Assembly: GCA_963844715.1 (NCBI GenBank) | Contig: CAWJPJ010000006.1 | Location: 288,001-352,000 of the forward strand | Source of the DNA: an uncultured Phycisphaerales bacterium | GTDB lineage: Bacteria > Planctomycetota > Phycisphaerae > Tepidisphaerales > Tepidisphaeraceae | DNA: 64,000 bases | Direction of reading: 5' to 3' | The notes under the pieces: generated by a model | Seen by the model: only the letters and a program-made list of their open reading frames with translations | Database searches by the model: none | What the model was told of the DNA's origin: nothing | Shown: positions 44,195 through 55,320 of the stretch, piece after piece | Layout: every line of letters starts with the position of its first letter | How positions within the stretch are numbered: position 1 is the stretch's first letter | Made by a program: the position numbers and the translations under genes

Positions 44195-44422
44195 TGGAAA
44201 ACAGGTTACCGCGAAGAAACGAGGAACGCGAAAAATTCGGGAAAAGGGTTAAACCACGGATTTCGCGGATGGCACGGATGAAGAAAAAAAAGAATTTTGC
44301 CTTTTTATCCGCGCTATCCGCGAAATCCGTGGTTTTATTCCTGGATTTTCCTTCGCGTTGGGAGTCTACCCGCCATGGCGGCCGGCTTCGCGGTTTATCG
44401 CTGAATTTCCTATAATGGCGGC

Positions 44423-45538
44423 ATGAGTTCGAGCGGACGCAGAGTCGTTGTGGCCATGAGCGGCGGAGTGGATAGCTCCGTGGCGGCGGCATTGCTTCAG
44501 CGGGAGGGGTATGAAGTGATCGGCGTTTTCATGCGGCTTGGGTCGCCGGAGGGCGTGGAGGCGGCGGAAAGCGACGGCGGGCGGCATAAGCAGGGATGCT
44601 GCTCTGTGCTCGACGCGTCGGATGCGCGGCGGGTGGCAGATGTGCTGCACATTCCGTTTTATGTTTTGAATTTCCAGGACGAGTTTTCGCGCGTGATCGA
44701 TTATTTCGTGGATGAATACAATCGGGGGCGGACGCCGAATCCTTGTGTGCGATGCAATGATTGGCTGAAGTTCGGTCGATTGGCGCAGTATGCGCAGGCG
44801 GTCGAGGCGGATTTTGTGGCGTCGGGGCATTACGCGCGCATCGGCGTCGATCCGGCTTCGGGAAAGAAGGCGCTGCTCCGCGGGCGCGATGGGAAGAAGG
44901 ATCAGAGCTACGTTCTCTTTGGCATGACCCGATGGGCGATGGAGCACACGCTGTTGCCGATCGGCGAGTTTCATAAGAGCGAGGTGCGGAAGATGGCGGA
45001 GGAGTTGAAGCTGCCGGTTTATAACAAGCCGGATTCGCAGGAGATTTGCTTTGTGCCGGATCAGGATTATGCGGCGCTGGTGAAGCGACGAAGTCCGGAT
45101 GCGATGCGCGAAGGGGAACTGGTCATGAGCGGCGGGTCCGTGGTTGGGCGGCATGAGGGGCACCAGCATTTTACGATCGGGCAGCGCAAGGGCGTGGGTG
45201 TGGCGCTGGGGCATCCGATTTATGTCGTGGATATCAATCCGGCGTCGAATCGCGTGACGCTGGGAGAGAAGTCGGATTTGCTTCGCGGCGGGCTGGTTGC
45301 GAAGCAAACGAATTGGCTTTCAGATCGCGTAAGGTTGGGCGCCGAGTCGGTGCCTTGCCTGGCGAAGATTCGGTATAACCATGATCCGCAGCCGGGCAGG
45401 GTTTCGGTGCAGGCGGAGGGGGAGATGGTCGTGCGGTTTGATAAGCCTCAGTCGGCGATCACGCCGGGGCAGGCGGTCGTGGTTTACGACGGCGAAATGC
45501 TTCTGGGCGGAGGATGGATCGAAAGCGCGATCGATTAA
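44423..45538 (+). CDS. mnmA: tRNA 2-thiouridylase MnmA
   Basis: AMSGGVDSS, TPNPCVRCN, SGHYA, KDQSY, DSQEICF, TIGQRKG, TPGQ. Confidence 0.97.
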   Translation: MSSSGRRVVVAMSGGVDSSVAAALLQREGYEVIGVFMRLGSPEGVEAAESDGGRHKQGCCSVLDASDARRVADVLHIPFYVLNFQDEFSRVIDYFVDEYNRGRTPNPCVRCNDWLKFGRLAQYAQAVEADFVASGHYARIGVDPASGKKALLRGRDGKKDQSYVLFGMTRWAMEHTLLPIGEFHKSEVRKMAEELKLPVYNKPDSQEICFVPDQDYAALVKRRSPDAMREGELVMSGGSVVGRHEGHQHFTIGQRKGVGVALGHPIYVVDINPASNRVTLGEKSDLLRGGLVAKQTNWLSDRVRLGAESVPCLAKIRYNHDPQPGRVSVQAEGEMVVRFDKPQSAITPGQAVVVYDGEMLLGGGWIESAID

Positions 45539-45541
45539 GCC

Positions 45542-46443
45542 ATGCTTCGCCGTAATGTTTTGATTTTCCATTCGGGCGCGCTTGGGGATTTCATTTTGAC
45601 TTGGCCGCTGGGGCTTGCGCTTTCGCGGCTTTGGCCGCAGAGTCGGATTATCTATGTGACACAGAAACAGAAGGGGCTGCTGGCGGAGAAGGTGCTGCGG
45701 CTGGAGTGGACGGACGTTGAGAGCGGGTGGCATCATTTGTTTGGGGATATGCGGAACTTGCCGGAGGAGTGCCGGAAGAAACTGGATTCGGCGCACGCGG
45801 TGTTTGCGTTTGGGCCGAAGGAGCGGTGGCTGGAGACGATCGAGGGAAGCGTACGGTGAGCGCCAAGCCGCCTGAGGGGTGGGATCGGCATGCTTCGGAG
45901 TATCTGCTGGAGACGCTGTCGGGCGCGCCGGCCGTGGCGGCGGCGGTGAGGAATATCCTGGCGTCGATTGCGGCGCGGGGGATTCCTGTCGCACGGTGCG
46001 CGGATGGGGATGTGGTGATTCATCCGGGCAGCGGGTCGCGCGAGAAATGCTGGCCGCTGGAGAATTACTTGCGCCTGGCGCAGAAGTTGTCGAGTAAAGG
46101 GCGGCACGTCGTCTTTGCTGTTGGGGAAGTGGAGAGGGAGCGATGGCCTGGTGATGCGATGAAACAGTTGGAATCGGCCGGTTCGCTGGTTCATCCTGCG
46201 ACTTATCGAGACCTCCTGGACTGCCTGTCGGGGGCGCAACTGTTCATCGGGAACGACAGCGGGCCGGGGCATTTAGCGGGAATCATTGGGGTGCCGAGCG
46301 TGATTCTTTTTGGGCCGAGCGATCCGTGCGTTTGGAAGCCGCTGGGGCCTCGGGTGACGGTTTTGCGGCATCAGCCGATTGGAGACTTGCCGGAGGAATC
46401 GGTTTTAGAGCAAACGATTGTGCAGGGCGCGGCCACGGTATAG
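45542..46443 (+). CDS. Glycosyltransferase family 9 (frameshift near 45850)
   Basis: GALGDFIL, IHPGSGS..KCWP, GNDSGPGHLA, LFGPS...W.P. Confidence 0.85.
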
Positions 46444-46453
46444 TGTTGCTGAC

Positions 46454-47640
46454 GTGACGGAAATGGAATCCTCCATCGATGCGTGGGCGACGAAGGCCGC
46501 TGAACTCAGACATCGGCTGCATCGGATTCCTGAATTGTGTTATCAGGAGTTTGAGACGGCCAAGATTGTTCGCGCTGAGCTGGACAAGCTGCACATTACG
46601 CACGCGGACGGAGTACCGGACGCCCCCACCGCTACCGTCGCCATGCTGGGGGACGTGAAAAAACCTTGCATCGCATTGCGGGCGGATATTGACGCGCTGC
46701 CGATTCTGGAGCGGACGGGGCTGCCTTACGCGAGTACGCACGAGGGGAGGATGCACGCTTGCGGGCATGACGGGCACATGGCGACGCTGATCGCATCGGC
46801 CGCCGTTTTGAAGGGGATGGAAGACAATCTGCCGGTCTGCGTGAAGCTGCTATTTCAGCCGGCGGAGGAATCTGGGGGCGGAGCCGAGCGGATGGTTCGT
46901 GCCGGCGTGTTGGATGGAACGATCGGTCCGCCGGTTTGCGCGATTTTCGGGCTGCATGGCTGGCCGGGGTTGCCCGTTGGTCTGGTGGCGAGCAAGCCGG
47001 TGGCGCTTCTGGCCGCGACGGATAATTTCAAGGCGACGTTCGTCGGGCGAGGGAGTCACGGGGCGTTTCCGCATCTTGGAGCCGATCCGATTGTCGCGGC
47101 GGCGGAGGCGGTGGTGAATCTCCAGCAGGTCGTGTCGCGGCAGATCGATCCTACGGAGCCGGTGGTGGTCACCATCGGGCTCATCCACGGCGGCACCGCG
47201 ACCAATATCATTCCAGACGAGGCGGTCTTCGAGGGAACAGTCCGCGCCTTGAACGACGCGACGAGAAAATTAACCAGGTCGCTGATCGACGAGCGCTGCG
47301 GCCACATTGCGGCGGCCGGGAAATGCACCGCCAAGGTCGAATGGTTTGAAGGGTATCCCGCCACGATCAATGACCCGCGGATGACCGATTACGTCGCCAA
47401 GATCGCCCGGCAGAGTCTCGGGGCGGACCGATATATCCAGGCCGCGCGCCCGTGATGGGCGGGGAGGATTTTTCGTATTATTTGGAGAAATCGCCGGGCT
47501 GCTTTTTCTTTGTGGGCGTGCAGCCGCCTGAAGCCAAAGTTTATCCCCCGCTGCATAGCGACCGATATGATTTCTCTGACGCCGCGATTGGGGTGGGAAT
47601 GCGGATGTTCGTCGAATTGGCGGCTAATTTTTCGGTTTAA
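46454..47640 (+). CDS. M20D amidohydrolase (frameshift near 47450)
   Basis: LHRIPEL, RADIDALP, MHACGHDGH, QPAEE, GGEDF. Confidence 0.92.
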
Positions 47641-47661
47641 GGGCGCGATTCGCCCGATATC

Positions 47662-47689
47662 TTGAAAACGCCGGCAAGGCGTATAGACT
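47662..47689 (+). promoter_or_regulatory. Putative sigma70 promoter of tRNA-Gly
   Basis: TTGAAA-16 bp-TAGACT, 13 nt upstream of the tRNA. Confidence 0.5.
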
Positions 47690-47702
47690 TTTGGTTTGTT
47701 AT

Positions 47703-47774
47703 GCGGGTGTAGCTCAGTGGTAGAGCGTCACGTTGCCAACGTGAATGTCGAGGGTTCGACCCCCTTCACCCGCT
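47703..47774 (+). tRNA. tRNA-Gly(GCC), CCA not encoded
   Basis: Acceptor GCGGGTG/CACCCGC; D arm GCTC..GAGC; anticodon arm TCACG-TTGCCAA-CGTGA; T loop TTCGAC. Confidence 0.96.
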
Positions 47775-47779
47775 TGATT

Positions 47780-47808
47780 GGCCCATTCCTGCCGGATGGG
47801 CCTTCTTT
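47780..47808 (+). terminator. Probable intrinsic terminator after tRNA
   Basis: GGCCCAT..ATGGGCC hairpin followed by TTCTTT. Confidence 0.6.
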
Positions 47809-47914
47809 GTCGCCAAATCCCGCCAGATGTAAGAGTTGATGTCGAGTCGCTCCGAAACGACAATCGGCCTCAAATATTGCTATAATCCATCTAACCCGAC
47901 TAGGAAGAGCGTCT

Positions 47915-48196
47915 ATGCAGCAGGTCCAGTTGACTGATCAACTTTATCGCGTCGCACAGCGCCGTGCTTCGGAAGCCGGCTTTGCCAGCGTGGAAGAATA
48001 CATTGCCGATGTCGTGGCCCAGGATGTCGCCGACGATACGGAGAATTTTGACCATCTGTTCACGCCGCAGGTGGTAAGTGAGCTTGAGCAGATATCCGCG
48101 GCCGCGAAGGCTGGCGGAAAAACCTACTCGTCCGAGGAAGTTCGCGAACATTTCCGAAAGAAATCGGACGCATGGCGAGCAAGTCACCCGGAATGA
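47915..48196 (+). CDS. Putative antitoxin (RHH-like)
   Basis: A..RA.EAGFASVEEYI; acidic; ATGA overlap with the toxin gene. Confidence 0.7.
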   Translation: MQQVQLTDQLYRVAQRRASEAGFASVEEYIADVVAQDVADDTENFDHLFTPQVVSELEQISAAAKAGGKTYSSEEVREHFRKKSDAWRASHPE

Positions 48197-48501
48197 TCGT
48201 CGACTATACGCCGGAAGCCCTAGCCAATCTCAACGAGATATGGGATTGGAATGCGGAGCAGTATGGTCGGGTGCATGCCAACTCGTATGTCGAGTTCCTG
48301 CAAATACGAACAGATCGTTTATCCACCGAATACGCGAACGGCAAGCCGGTGCCCAGTAATCCGAAGCTGTATTATCGCGTCATTCAAAGAAAGAAGAAAC
48401 GTCACGGCCACGTCGTCGTTTATGAAGTGAATGATGACGATGTTGTTCGCATCCTCCGCTACTTTCACACCGCCCAAGACTGGCAAAACAGGCTTGGATA
48501 A
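48193..48501 (+). CDS. RelE/ParE-family toxin
   Basis: YTPEALANLNEIWDW..HVVVYEV..VRILRYFHTAQD. Confidence 0.85.
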   Translation: MIVDYTPEALANLNEIWDWNAEQYGRVHANSYVEFLQIRTDRLSTEYANGKPVPSNPKLYYRVIQRKKKRHGHVVVYEVNDDDVVRILRYFHTAQDWQNRLG

Positions 48502-48623
48502 GCACGAGACGGAAGAATATCCCTGCCCCATTTCGGCGTTATCCGGTCCGCGGATCGGCCGAAGATCCCGCTTCATAACCAGGTGGAGCCTCTCCGCCCC
48601 TTTCAGGTAAGCTTTCGTTTGAG

Positions 48624-49993
48624 ATGACTCAACCGACGCTTCAACAGGCCTTCGATCTTGCGCTGCGGCGCCAGCAATCCGGGAAATTCGCCGAGGCGGA
48701 GGAAATTTATCGGCAGATTCTTTTGCGGGAGCCAGGACACGTCGGGGCGATGCAGAGTTTGGGCGTGATTGCTCGCAAGACTAGGCGGACGGATCTGGCA
48801 ATCGAATTATTAAAACGTGCGACGGAGCTGAAGCCAGATTTTGCGGAAGCGCATTCGAATCTTGGGAATGCACTGAAGGATAAGGGGGATGTCGATGGGG
48901 CCATCGCGGCTTTCAGGCGGGCGATTGCGCTCAATCCCGGGCTGCCGATCGCGCATAATAACCTTGGCAACGCGCTGAAGGATGTCGGGAACTTGAACGA
49001 GGCGATCGCCGAATATCGGCGGGCGGTTGCCCTCAAGCCGGACTATGCGAACGCGCATATGAATCTTGCGATGGGTTTGCTTTTGTCGGGGGAGTTTGAG
49101 GAGGGATGGCGTGAGTATGAATGGCGATTGAGAGTGGCGGGAGCCGTCGCGCCGGGCGCGATATCTTTGAGCGGCTTTGGGATGGCAAAGAACTTAACGG
49201 GCGCACGATTCTTTTGCATTCGGAGCAAGGTTTTGGGGACGCCATTCATTTCTCGCGGTATATCTCGATGGTGATTGATCGCGGCGGGCGCGTCATCGTT
49301 CAGATTCAGAAAGATCTCATTCGGCTGTTGCAGCAGGTTGCTGGCGTGGAGAAATGGATCGCCAAGGGGGAGGCGGCGGAATTTGATGTGCAGTGTCCGC
49401 TGCTGAGTTTGCCGGGATTGTTCGGGACGAGAGTGGAAACAATTCCCGCACAAAAAGGGTTGTTGGTCGCGGAAGAGGGGGGCGCGGAAATCTGGCGCGG
49501 GCGATTGGAGAAGACGCCCGGGCGGATGAAAGTGGGATTGGCGTGGGCCGGGAACCCGACTCACAAGAAAGATCGGAGCCGGTCGATCCCGCTCTCGCGG
49601 CTTGCGCCTTTGGCGAAAATATCGAATATTGTTTTCCATAGCATCCAGAAAGGCGAAGCCGCCAAGGAGGCGCTGGAAGGCTCGACGGAGATGCGCATCG
49701 TCGACTGGGCGGGTCAACTGGGGGACTTTGCGGATACGGCGGGTTTGATCGCCAATCTGGATTTGATCATTACGGTCGATACTGCCGTGGCCCATTTGGC
49801 CGGTGCGATGGGTAAGCCGGTTTGGCTGATGCTGCCGTTCATGCCGGATTGGCGATGGATGCTGGGTCGCGGCGACAGTCCGTGGTATCCGTCCATGCGA
49901 CTATTTCGCCAACCCTCCCGGGGGGATTGGGAGGCGGTAATCAGGCAAGTTTCCGATGCACTTGGGGGTCAGTTGCCGATGAAGGGGTTATGA
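48624..49993 (+). CDS. TPR + GT-B (GT9-like) protein, paralog 1 (frameshift near 49150)
   Basis: AEAHSNLGNAL TPRs; EGWREYEWR; EQGFGD; VDTAVAHLAGAMGKP; DWRW..SPWYP. Confidence 0.88.
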
Positions 49994-51681
49994 CGCAAGG
50001 CGCCGTACAGCAGGCTTTTGAAAAGGCGATCGAGCACCAGCGGGCCGGGCGGGTGCGCGAGGCGGAGACAGTTTATCGGCAGATCGTCACGGAGCATCCG
50101 GACCATGCGGGGGCGATCTATAACCTGGGGATGATCTCGCGCCGGGCTGGGCGCAACGACTTGGCCGTTCAACTTCTGCGGCAGGCCATCGCGGCGAATC
50201 CGAATTTCGCCGAGGCGTACAACAATTTAGGCAATGCATTGAAGGATCTGGGGCAAGTGGATGCGGCGATTGCCGCGTATCGGAAAGGAATTTCGCTCGG
50301 ACCGAAACTTGCGGAGATTCCGAATAATTTGGGGAACGCGCTGAAGATGAAGGGGCTGGTTGACGACGCCATGGCCCAATATCGGAAGGCGATTGCCCTC
50401 AAGGCTGACTACGCCGAGGCGCATTTCAATCTGGGCATTTCGTTTCAGACCAAGGGTCAATCGGACGAAGCGATCGCATCGTATCGGCGGGCGGTTTCTC
50501 ACAATTCGAAATTTGCCGAGGCGTTCAATAATCTTGGCAACGCCCTGCGGTCCAAAGGGGAACTGGAAGAAGCGGCTGCGGCGTATCGCGAGGCGATCAA
50601 GGTGCGCCCGAATTTCGCCGAAGCGCATAGCAATCTCGGTTCGACTTTCAAAGAAGAGGGCCGGTTGGACGATGCGATTTCTTCTTATCGAGAGGCCATC
50701 GCGCGGAATTCGGAATACGCCGACGCTCATGTCAAACTGGCGCAAACGTTACTGCTGCGCGGGGAGTTCGAAGCTGGGTGGCCGGAATGGGAGTGGCGTC
50801 TGAAACTGGATAACAGTGCGTCGCCGGATCGGGAGTTCCCGGAACTTCGATGGGACGGCGGTGACCTGGCCGGGCGCACGATTCTGATTTATGGCGAATC
50901 CGGCTTGGGCGACACGATTCAGTTTTCCAGATATCTGCCGATGGTGGCGGAGCGCGGGGGACGGGTGATCGCCCAGGCTCCGAAGGAATTGATCGGATTT
51001 CTCGGGCAAGTGCCTGGTGTGGAACAGTGGGTCGCGGCGGGCGAAAAGCCGCCGGCCTTTGACGTCCAATGCCCCCTGCTGAGTTTGCCGGGGTTGCTTG
51101 ACACGAATCTTCAGAACATCCCCGGCCAACAATCGCTTCTGAAAGCCGATGAGAAGCTTGCGGAGGGTTGGCGAAATAAAACTTTTCAGCAGCCTGGCGG
51201 TGTGAAGGTCGGGTTGGTTTGGGCGGGGAGCCGCAAGAATAAGAATGACCGTAATCGCTCGGTGAATTTGGATGTCCTGGCGCCGTTGGCGGCGATTTCT
51301 GGCATTCGCTTCTATAGCCTTCAGAAAGGGGACGCCGCGAAGGATGCGCAGAAACCGCCGGAGGGAATGGAGATTGTCGATTGGACGGACGAATTGCGGG
51401 ACTTCGCGGATACGGCTGCGCTGGTCGGGAATCTGGATTTGATCATTTCCGTCGATACGTCCGTCGCGCATCTTGCCGGGGCGATGGGCAAGCCGGTTTG
51501 GATTTTGCTGCCGTTCTTGCCCGATTGGCGTTGGATGGTCGACAGGGAGGAAAGTCCCTGGTATCCGACGGCCCGATTGTTTCGTCAAACCACCAGGGGC
51601 GATTGGGCGGACGTTGTCGCGCGCGTCGGCGAAGCGCTTGCGGAGTGGGCCAGCGATCACCGGCTTTTTATCGGTTTCTAG
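49990..51681 (+). CDS. TPR + GT-B (GT9-like) protein, paralog 2
   Basis: About 7 TPRs; ESGLGDTIQF; VDTSVAHLAGAMGKP; SPWYP. Confidence 0.9.
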   Translation: MTQGAVQQAFEKAIEHQRAGRVREAETVYRQIVTEHPDHAGAIYNLGMISRRAGRNDLAVQLLRQAIAANPNFAEAYNNLGNALKDLGQVDAAIAAYRKGISLGPKLAEIPNNLGNALKMKGLVDDAMAQYRKAIALKADYAEAHFNLGISFQTKGQSDEAIASYRRAVSHNSKFAEAFNNLGNALRSKGELEEAAAAYREAIKVRPNFAEAHSNLGSTFKEEGRLDDAISSYREAIARNSEYADAHVKLAQTLLLRGEFEAGWPEWEWRLKLDNSASPDREFPELRWDGGDLAGRTILIYGESGLGDTIQFSRYLPMVAERGGRVIAQAPKELIGFLGQVPGVEQWVAAGEKPPAFDVQCPLLSLPGLLDTNLQNIPGQQSLLKADEKLAEGWRNKTFQQPGGVKVGLVWAGSRKNKNDRNRSVNLDVLAPLAAISGIRFYSLQKGDAAKDAQKPPEGMEIVDWTDELRDFADTAALVGNLDLIISVDTSVAHLAGAMGKPVWILLPFLPDWRWMVDREESPWYPTARLFRQTTRGDWADVVARVGEALAEWASDHRLFIGF

Positions 51682-51839
51682 AATTTTCCCAAAAGGCAGC
51701 CATCCGTTAAAAAAAGGCCCACGGTTGGCCATCTTCGGGCATTGGCCTGGGGGCTTCAACTTGGAATTGTTTATGGTCCGAAGAAAAAACTTTCGCTCAC
51801 GTAGGCAATTGCCTCGCGCCGAGATATCTTGCTACGCCC

Positions 51840-53729
51840 ATGACTTTTATCGTGAATGAACCGGCTTCCCGGCTGCGGCAGGCCATTACGCACTTCCTTG
51901 CCCGCCTCGGATTCCGGGAAGACTCGTTTATCATGATTCTGGCGGTGCTGATCGGCATGGTCACTGCCGCGGCGTCCGTCGGATTCCACGAGCTCATCCT
52001 CTTTGTCCGCAACGCGCTCTATCTTCGCGTCGGCGAGGACTATCTCTACGGCCGGGGAATGTGGCTTCTGATTCTGTTCCCTTTGCTCGGCGGACTGATC
52101 GTCGGATTCATCACCCGATACGTCTTCCGAACCCGCGAAGGACATGGCGTCGTGGACGTCATGGAATCCGTCATCCGCACCAGCGGATTTCAGCGTCCCT
52201 CGTCGGCGATCGAAAAGATTCTTACCGCCGCGGTGACCATCGGGTCGGGCGGGTCGGCCGGAGCGGAGGGGCCGATTGTGCAGATCGGGGCGGCGATCGC
52301 CTCGGGGTTCGGGCAAATTTTCAGGGTCGCGCGCCAGTACATGCCGACGCTCATCGGTTGCGGAACCGCGGCGGGCATCAGTGCAATTTTTAACGCGCCC
52401 TTCGGGGGCGTTCTCTTTACTCTCGAAGTCATTCTCCAAGACTTTTCCATCCGGGCCTTTACGCCGGTCGTGGTTTCGAGCGTTATCGCGCAAGTTACGG
52501 AACTGCTCCTCTTCCGGCTCCTTCATAAGGCGGGCGAGTTCCATCCCATCTTCGATCTTTCCCCGGACACCGTGCGCCTGCATGATGCGCTGCAATGGGG
52601 CCAGGTGGGGAGTTATGTCATGCTCGGGCTTCTGTGCGGAGTCGTCGGGCTAGGACTGATCCGCTTCATGCAAACCGTCGAAAAGTCATTTTCAAGATTG
52701 CGGATGCCTGGGTTTCTGAAACCGGCGGTCGGCGGCGGGTTGGTCGGCGTGCTGGGCATCTTCTATATTCTGCTCTTCGGACATTTCGTCCTGCACGTCC
52801 CCAAGCCGGTGCCGTTTGAGAATTATCCGATGCCGGCGTTTTTCGGAGACGGGTACGGCTTCATCGAGGAGCTTCTCTCCCCCGGTTACGCGGCTTATTT
52901 GCCTGGGGCCAAGCCGATCCTGTTCCTCCTGGGGTGCCTGTGTCTATTGAAGCTGGTCGCGACGTGCATCACCCTGGGCAGTGGCGGAAGCGGCGGCGTG
53001 ATCGCTCCGTCCCTCTTTCTGGGTGCGACCGCCGGGGCCGTGATGGGCGCCGTCCTGCAACACCTTGGCTGGGTGCGGCCGATTCAGCCGGAAATGTATG
53101 CCCTGGTCGGGATGGGCGCGGTTTTAGCCGCCGTCGTGCATGCGCCGCTGGCGTCCATTTTGATCTGCTTTGAAGTGACGGAAGATTACAAGGTCATGGT
53201 GCCGGCGATGCTCGCCTGCGTGGTTGCGACGGGATTGGTGCGACTGGTCTACACGGATTCGATTTATACGCAAAGCCTGCGAAAGCGAGGCATTCGTCTG
53301 GGCCCCGGGGATTTCACTTTGCTACGAAGAATGAATGTGGAGCAGGTCGCGCTGGAGCCGGCCAGCGTGGTGCGGCCTGGCGATCCGTTCCAGAAGATTC
53401 TCGATCTGGCCATGTCATCGGGATTGAGCAATTTCATCGTGGCCGACGATAAGGGGGATTATCTGGGAATGATCGTCTCCGACGATTTGCAGACCACTCT
53501 TTTAGGCAAGGAAGCGGTGCCATTGCTGGTGGTTTCAGAGCTGATGCGAAAGGACGTCCCGATCGTGAAGAACACGGACGATCTGGCCCAGGTTTTGGAG
53601 CAATTCGCGCAGCATGATGTGAGTCATCTGCCGGTCGCGGTGAATGGGCGGGAAAAGCACGTCATCGGTTTGATCAGCCGGGCGGGGTTGATGCGGAAGT
53701 ACCAGGAGGGGTTGAGCCAGCCGGTTTAG
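51840..53729 (+). CDS. CLC chloride channel/transporter with CBS domains
   Basis: GHGVVDV, GGSAGAEGP, FNAP, GSGGVIAP; tandem CBS tail. Confidence 0.93.
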   Translation: MTFIVNEPASRLRQAITHFLARLGFREDSFIMILAVLIGMVTAAASVGFHELILFVRNALYLRVGEDYLYGRGMWLLILFPLLGGLIVGFITRYVFRTREGHGVVDVMESVIRTSGFQRPSSAIEKILTAAVTIGSGGSAGAEGPIVQIGAAIASGFGQIFRVARQYMPTLIGCGTAAGISAIFNAPFGGVLFTLEVILQDFSIRAFTPVVVSSVIAQVTELLLFRLLHKAGEFHPIFDLSPDTVRLHDALQWGQVGSYVMLGLLCGVVGLGLIRFMQTVEKSFSRLRMPGFLKPAVGGGLVGVLGIFYILLFGHFVLHVPKPVPFENYPMPAFFGDGYGFIEELLSPGYAAYLPGAKPILFLLGCLCLLKLVATCITLGSGGSGGVIAPSLFLGATAGAVMGAVLQHLGWVRPIQPEMYALVGMGAVLAAVVHAPLASILICFEVTEDYKVMVPAMLACVVATGLVRLVYTDSIYTQSLRKRGIRLGPGDFTLLRRMNVEQVALEPASVVRPGDPFQKILDLAMSSGLSNFIVADDKGDYLGMIVSDDLQTTLLGKEAVPLLVVSELMRKDVPIVKNTDDLAQVLEQFAQHDVSHLPVAVNGREKHVIGLISRAGLMRKYQEGLSQPV

Positions 53730-53952
53730 CTGTACCAACGGCGCTGATAAATAGTTTTACCGCGAAGACGCGAAGAGCGCGAAGAAAACAAAATATTTAA
53801 CCACGGATGACGCGGATAAGATTTAAATCCAATTAAAATTATCCGTGCCCATTTGTGATATTCCCGGTTTAACTTCTCTTTTGTCTTCTTCGCGCTCTTC
53901 GCGTATTCGCGGTAACAATCCGTGCGCTCACGGATACCCGAGAATTGGACGA

Positions 53953-55227
53953 TCAGCCGATGCGCCCTCGGCCGGCCATATAGGGTCGCAGCGCTTCGGG
54001 AATGGTGATCGAGCCATCCGCGTTCTGATAATTCTCCAAGATCGGGATCAGAATTCTTGGGCTGGCGACGACCGTGTTGTTCAGGGTGTGGCAATAGCGC
54101 ATCTTTCCCTCTTCGTCGCGATAGCGGAGGTTCAGCCGGCGGGACTGGAAATCGTAAAAGCGCGATGCGGAATGGGTTTCGCCGTAGCCTTTGCGGGAGG
54201 GCATCCAGGTTTCGATGTCGAATTTGGCGGCTTGGCCCTGGCCTAGATCGCCTGTACACACCGCTACGACTCTATAGGGGAGCTTCAGGGTTTGAAGAAG
54301 ATCCTCGGCGTTAGCCAGGATTGTTTGATGCCAGCGCTTCGATTCGTTCACGTCCGCTTTGCAGACGACGACCTGCTCGACCTTATCGAATTGATGAATG
54401 CGATAGAGGCCAGCGGTGTCCTTGCCGTAGGTTCCTGCCTCGCGGCGGAAGCAGGAACTCATGGCCACGTATTTTCGCGGGAGCGTGCCCAAATCGAGCG
54501 TTTCGCCCATGTGATACGCCGTGAGGGAAACCTCGGCGGTTCCTACCAAATACTTCGGCGGGTCTTCATTGGTTATCGCGTAAGCCTGCTCGCGGCCGAG
54601 GGGGAAATAGCCGGTGCCCTCCATGGGCTCCTCTCGAACCAGGACGGGCACGACCATCGGCACAAAGCCGCGCGCGACCATCATGTCCTGCGCGAGTCTT
54701 AGGACGGCCTGGTGCAGGAGCGTCCCGTCGCCCAACAGAACATAACTGCGCGATCCGGCGAGTTTCACGCCGCGTTCGATGTCGATCAGGCGGAGCTTGT
54801 CGCCCAGCTCGACATGATCCTTCGCCGGGAAATCGAAATTGCGGACTTCGCCCCATTTTTTGATTTCGACGTTTTCGCTGTCGTCCTTGCCGACGGGAAC
54901 TTCTTCGTCCGCCGGCTGGGGGAGCTGAAGCAGGAGCGGGCGCAATTCGGCGTCGGCGGCCTTCCATCGCTCCTCGGAATCCTTGACCTGATTCTTGAGG
55001 GCCCCCACTTTTGCGATGGCGGCTTGTTTTTCCGTGGGGTCTTTGAGCTTGCCGATCTGCTTGCTCGCCTCGTTTTGCTCGGCTCGAAGGCGCTCGAATT
55101 CTTGCTGGGTTGTGCTGGCCTGGGATGCGGCCTTCAAGACGGCGTCGACGTCGACGGACATGCGTTTGAGCTTTGCCGCGTTGCGGTATTTGTCGGGGTT
55201 TTCGCGAAGGTCCTTGATGTCGATCAT
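53953..55227 (-). CDS. serS: Serine--tRNA ligase
   Basis: MIDIKDLREN, GTAEV, FRREAG, HQFDKVE, ETHSAS, HTLNNT. Confidence 0.97.
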   Translation of the reverse strand: MIDIKDLRENPDKYRNAAKLKRMSVDVDAVLKAASQASTTQQEFERLRAEQNEASKQIGKLKDPTEKQAAIAKVGALKNQVKDSEERWKAADAELRPLLLQLPQPADEEVPVGKDDSENVEIKKWGEVRNFDFPAKDHVELGDKLRLIDIERGVKLAGSRSYVLLGDGTLLHQAVLRLAQDMMVARGFVPMVVPVLVREEPMEGTGYFPLGREQAYAITNEDPPKYLVGTAEVSLTAYHMGETLDLGTLPRKYVAMSSCFRREAGTYGKDTAGLYRIHQFDKVEQVVVCKADVNESKRWHQTILANAEDLLQTLKLPYRVVAVCTGDLGQGQAAKFDIETWMPSRKGYGETHSASRFYDFQSRRLNLRYRDEEGKMRYCHTLNNTVVASPRILIPILENYQNADGSITIPEALRPYMAGRGRIG

Positions 55228-55320
55228 GGGATGGTTGCCAGTTGATAGCTGCCAGTTGCTAGTGGGGAGGAATTCTTTCCTTACAACTAACGACCAGCAA
55301 CGAGCAACTGTATCCCCATC

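Noticed and set aside
51682..53729. Fluoride riboswitch and CLC-F exporter
   Set aside because: No GGCGATGG..GCTGATG-type motif upstream; the channel has GHGVV/GAEGP rather than the GNNLI/GREGT signature of CLC-F.
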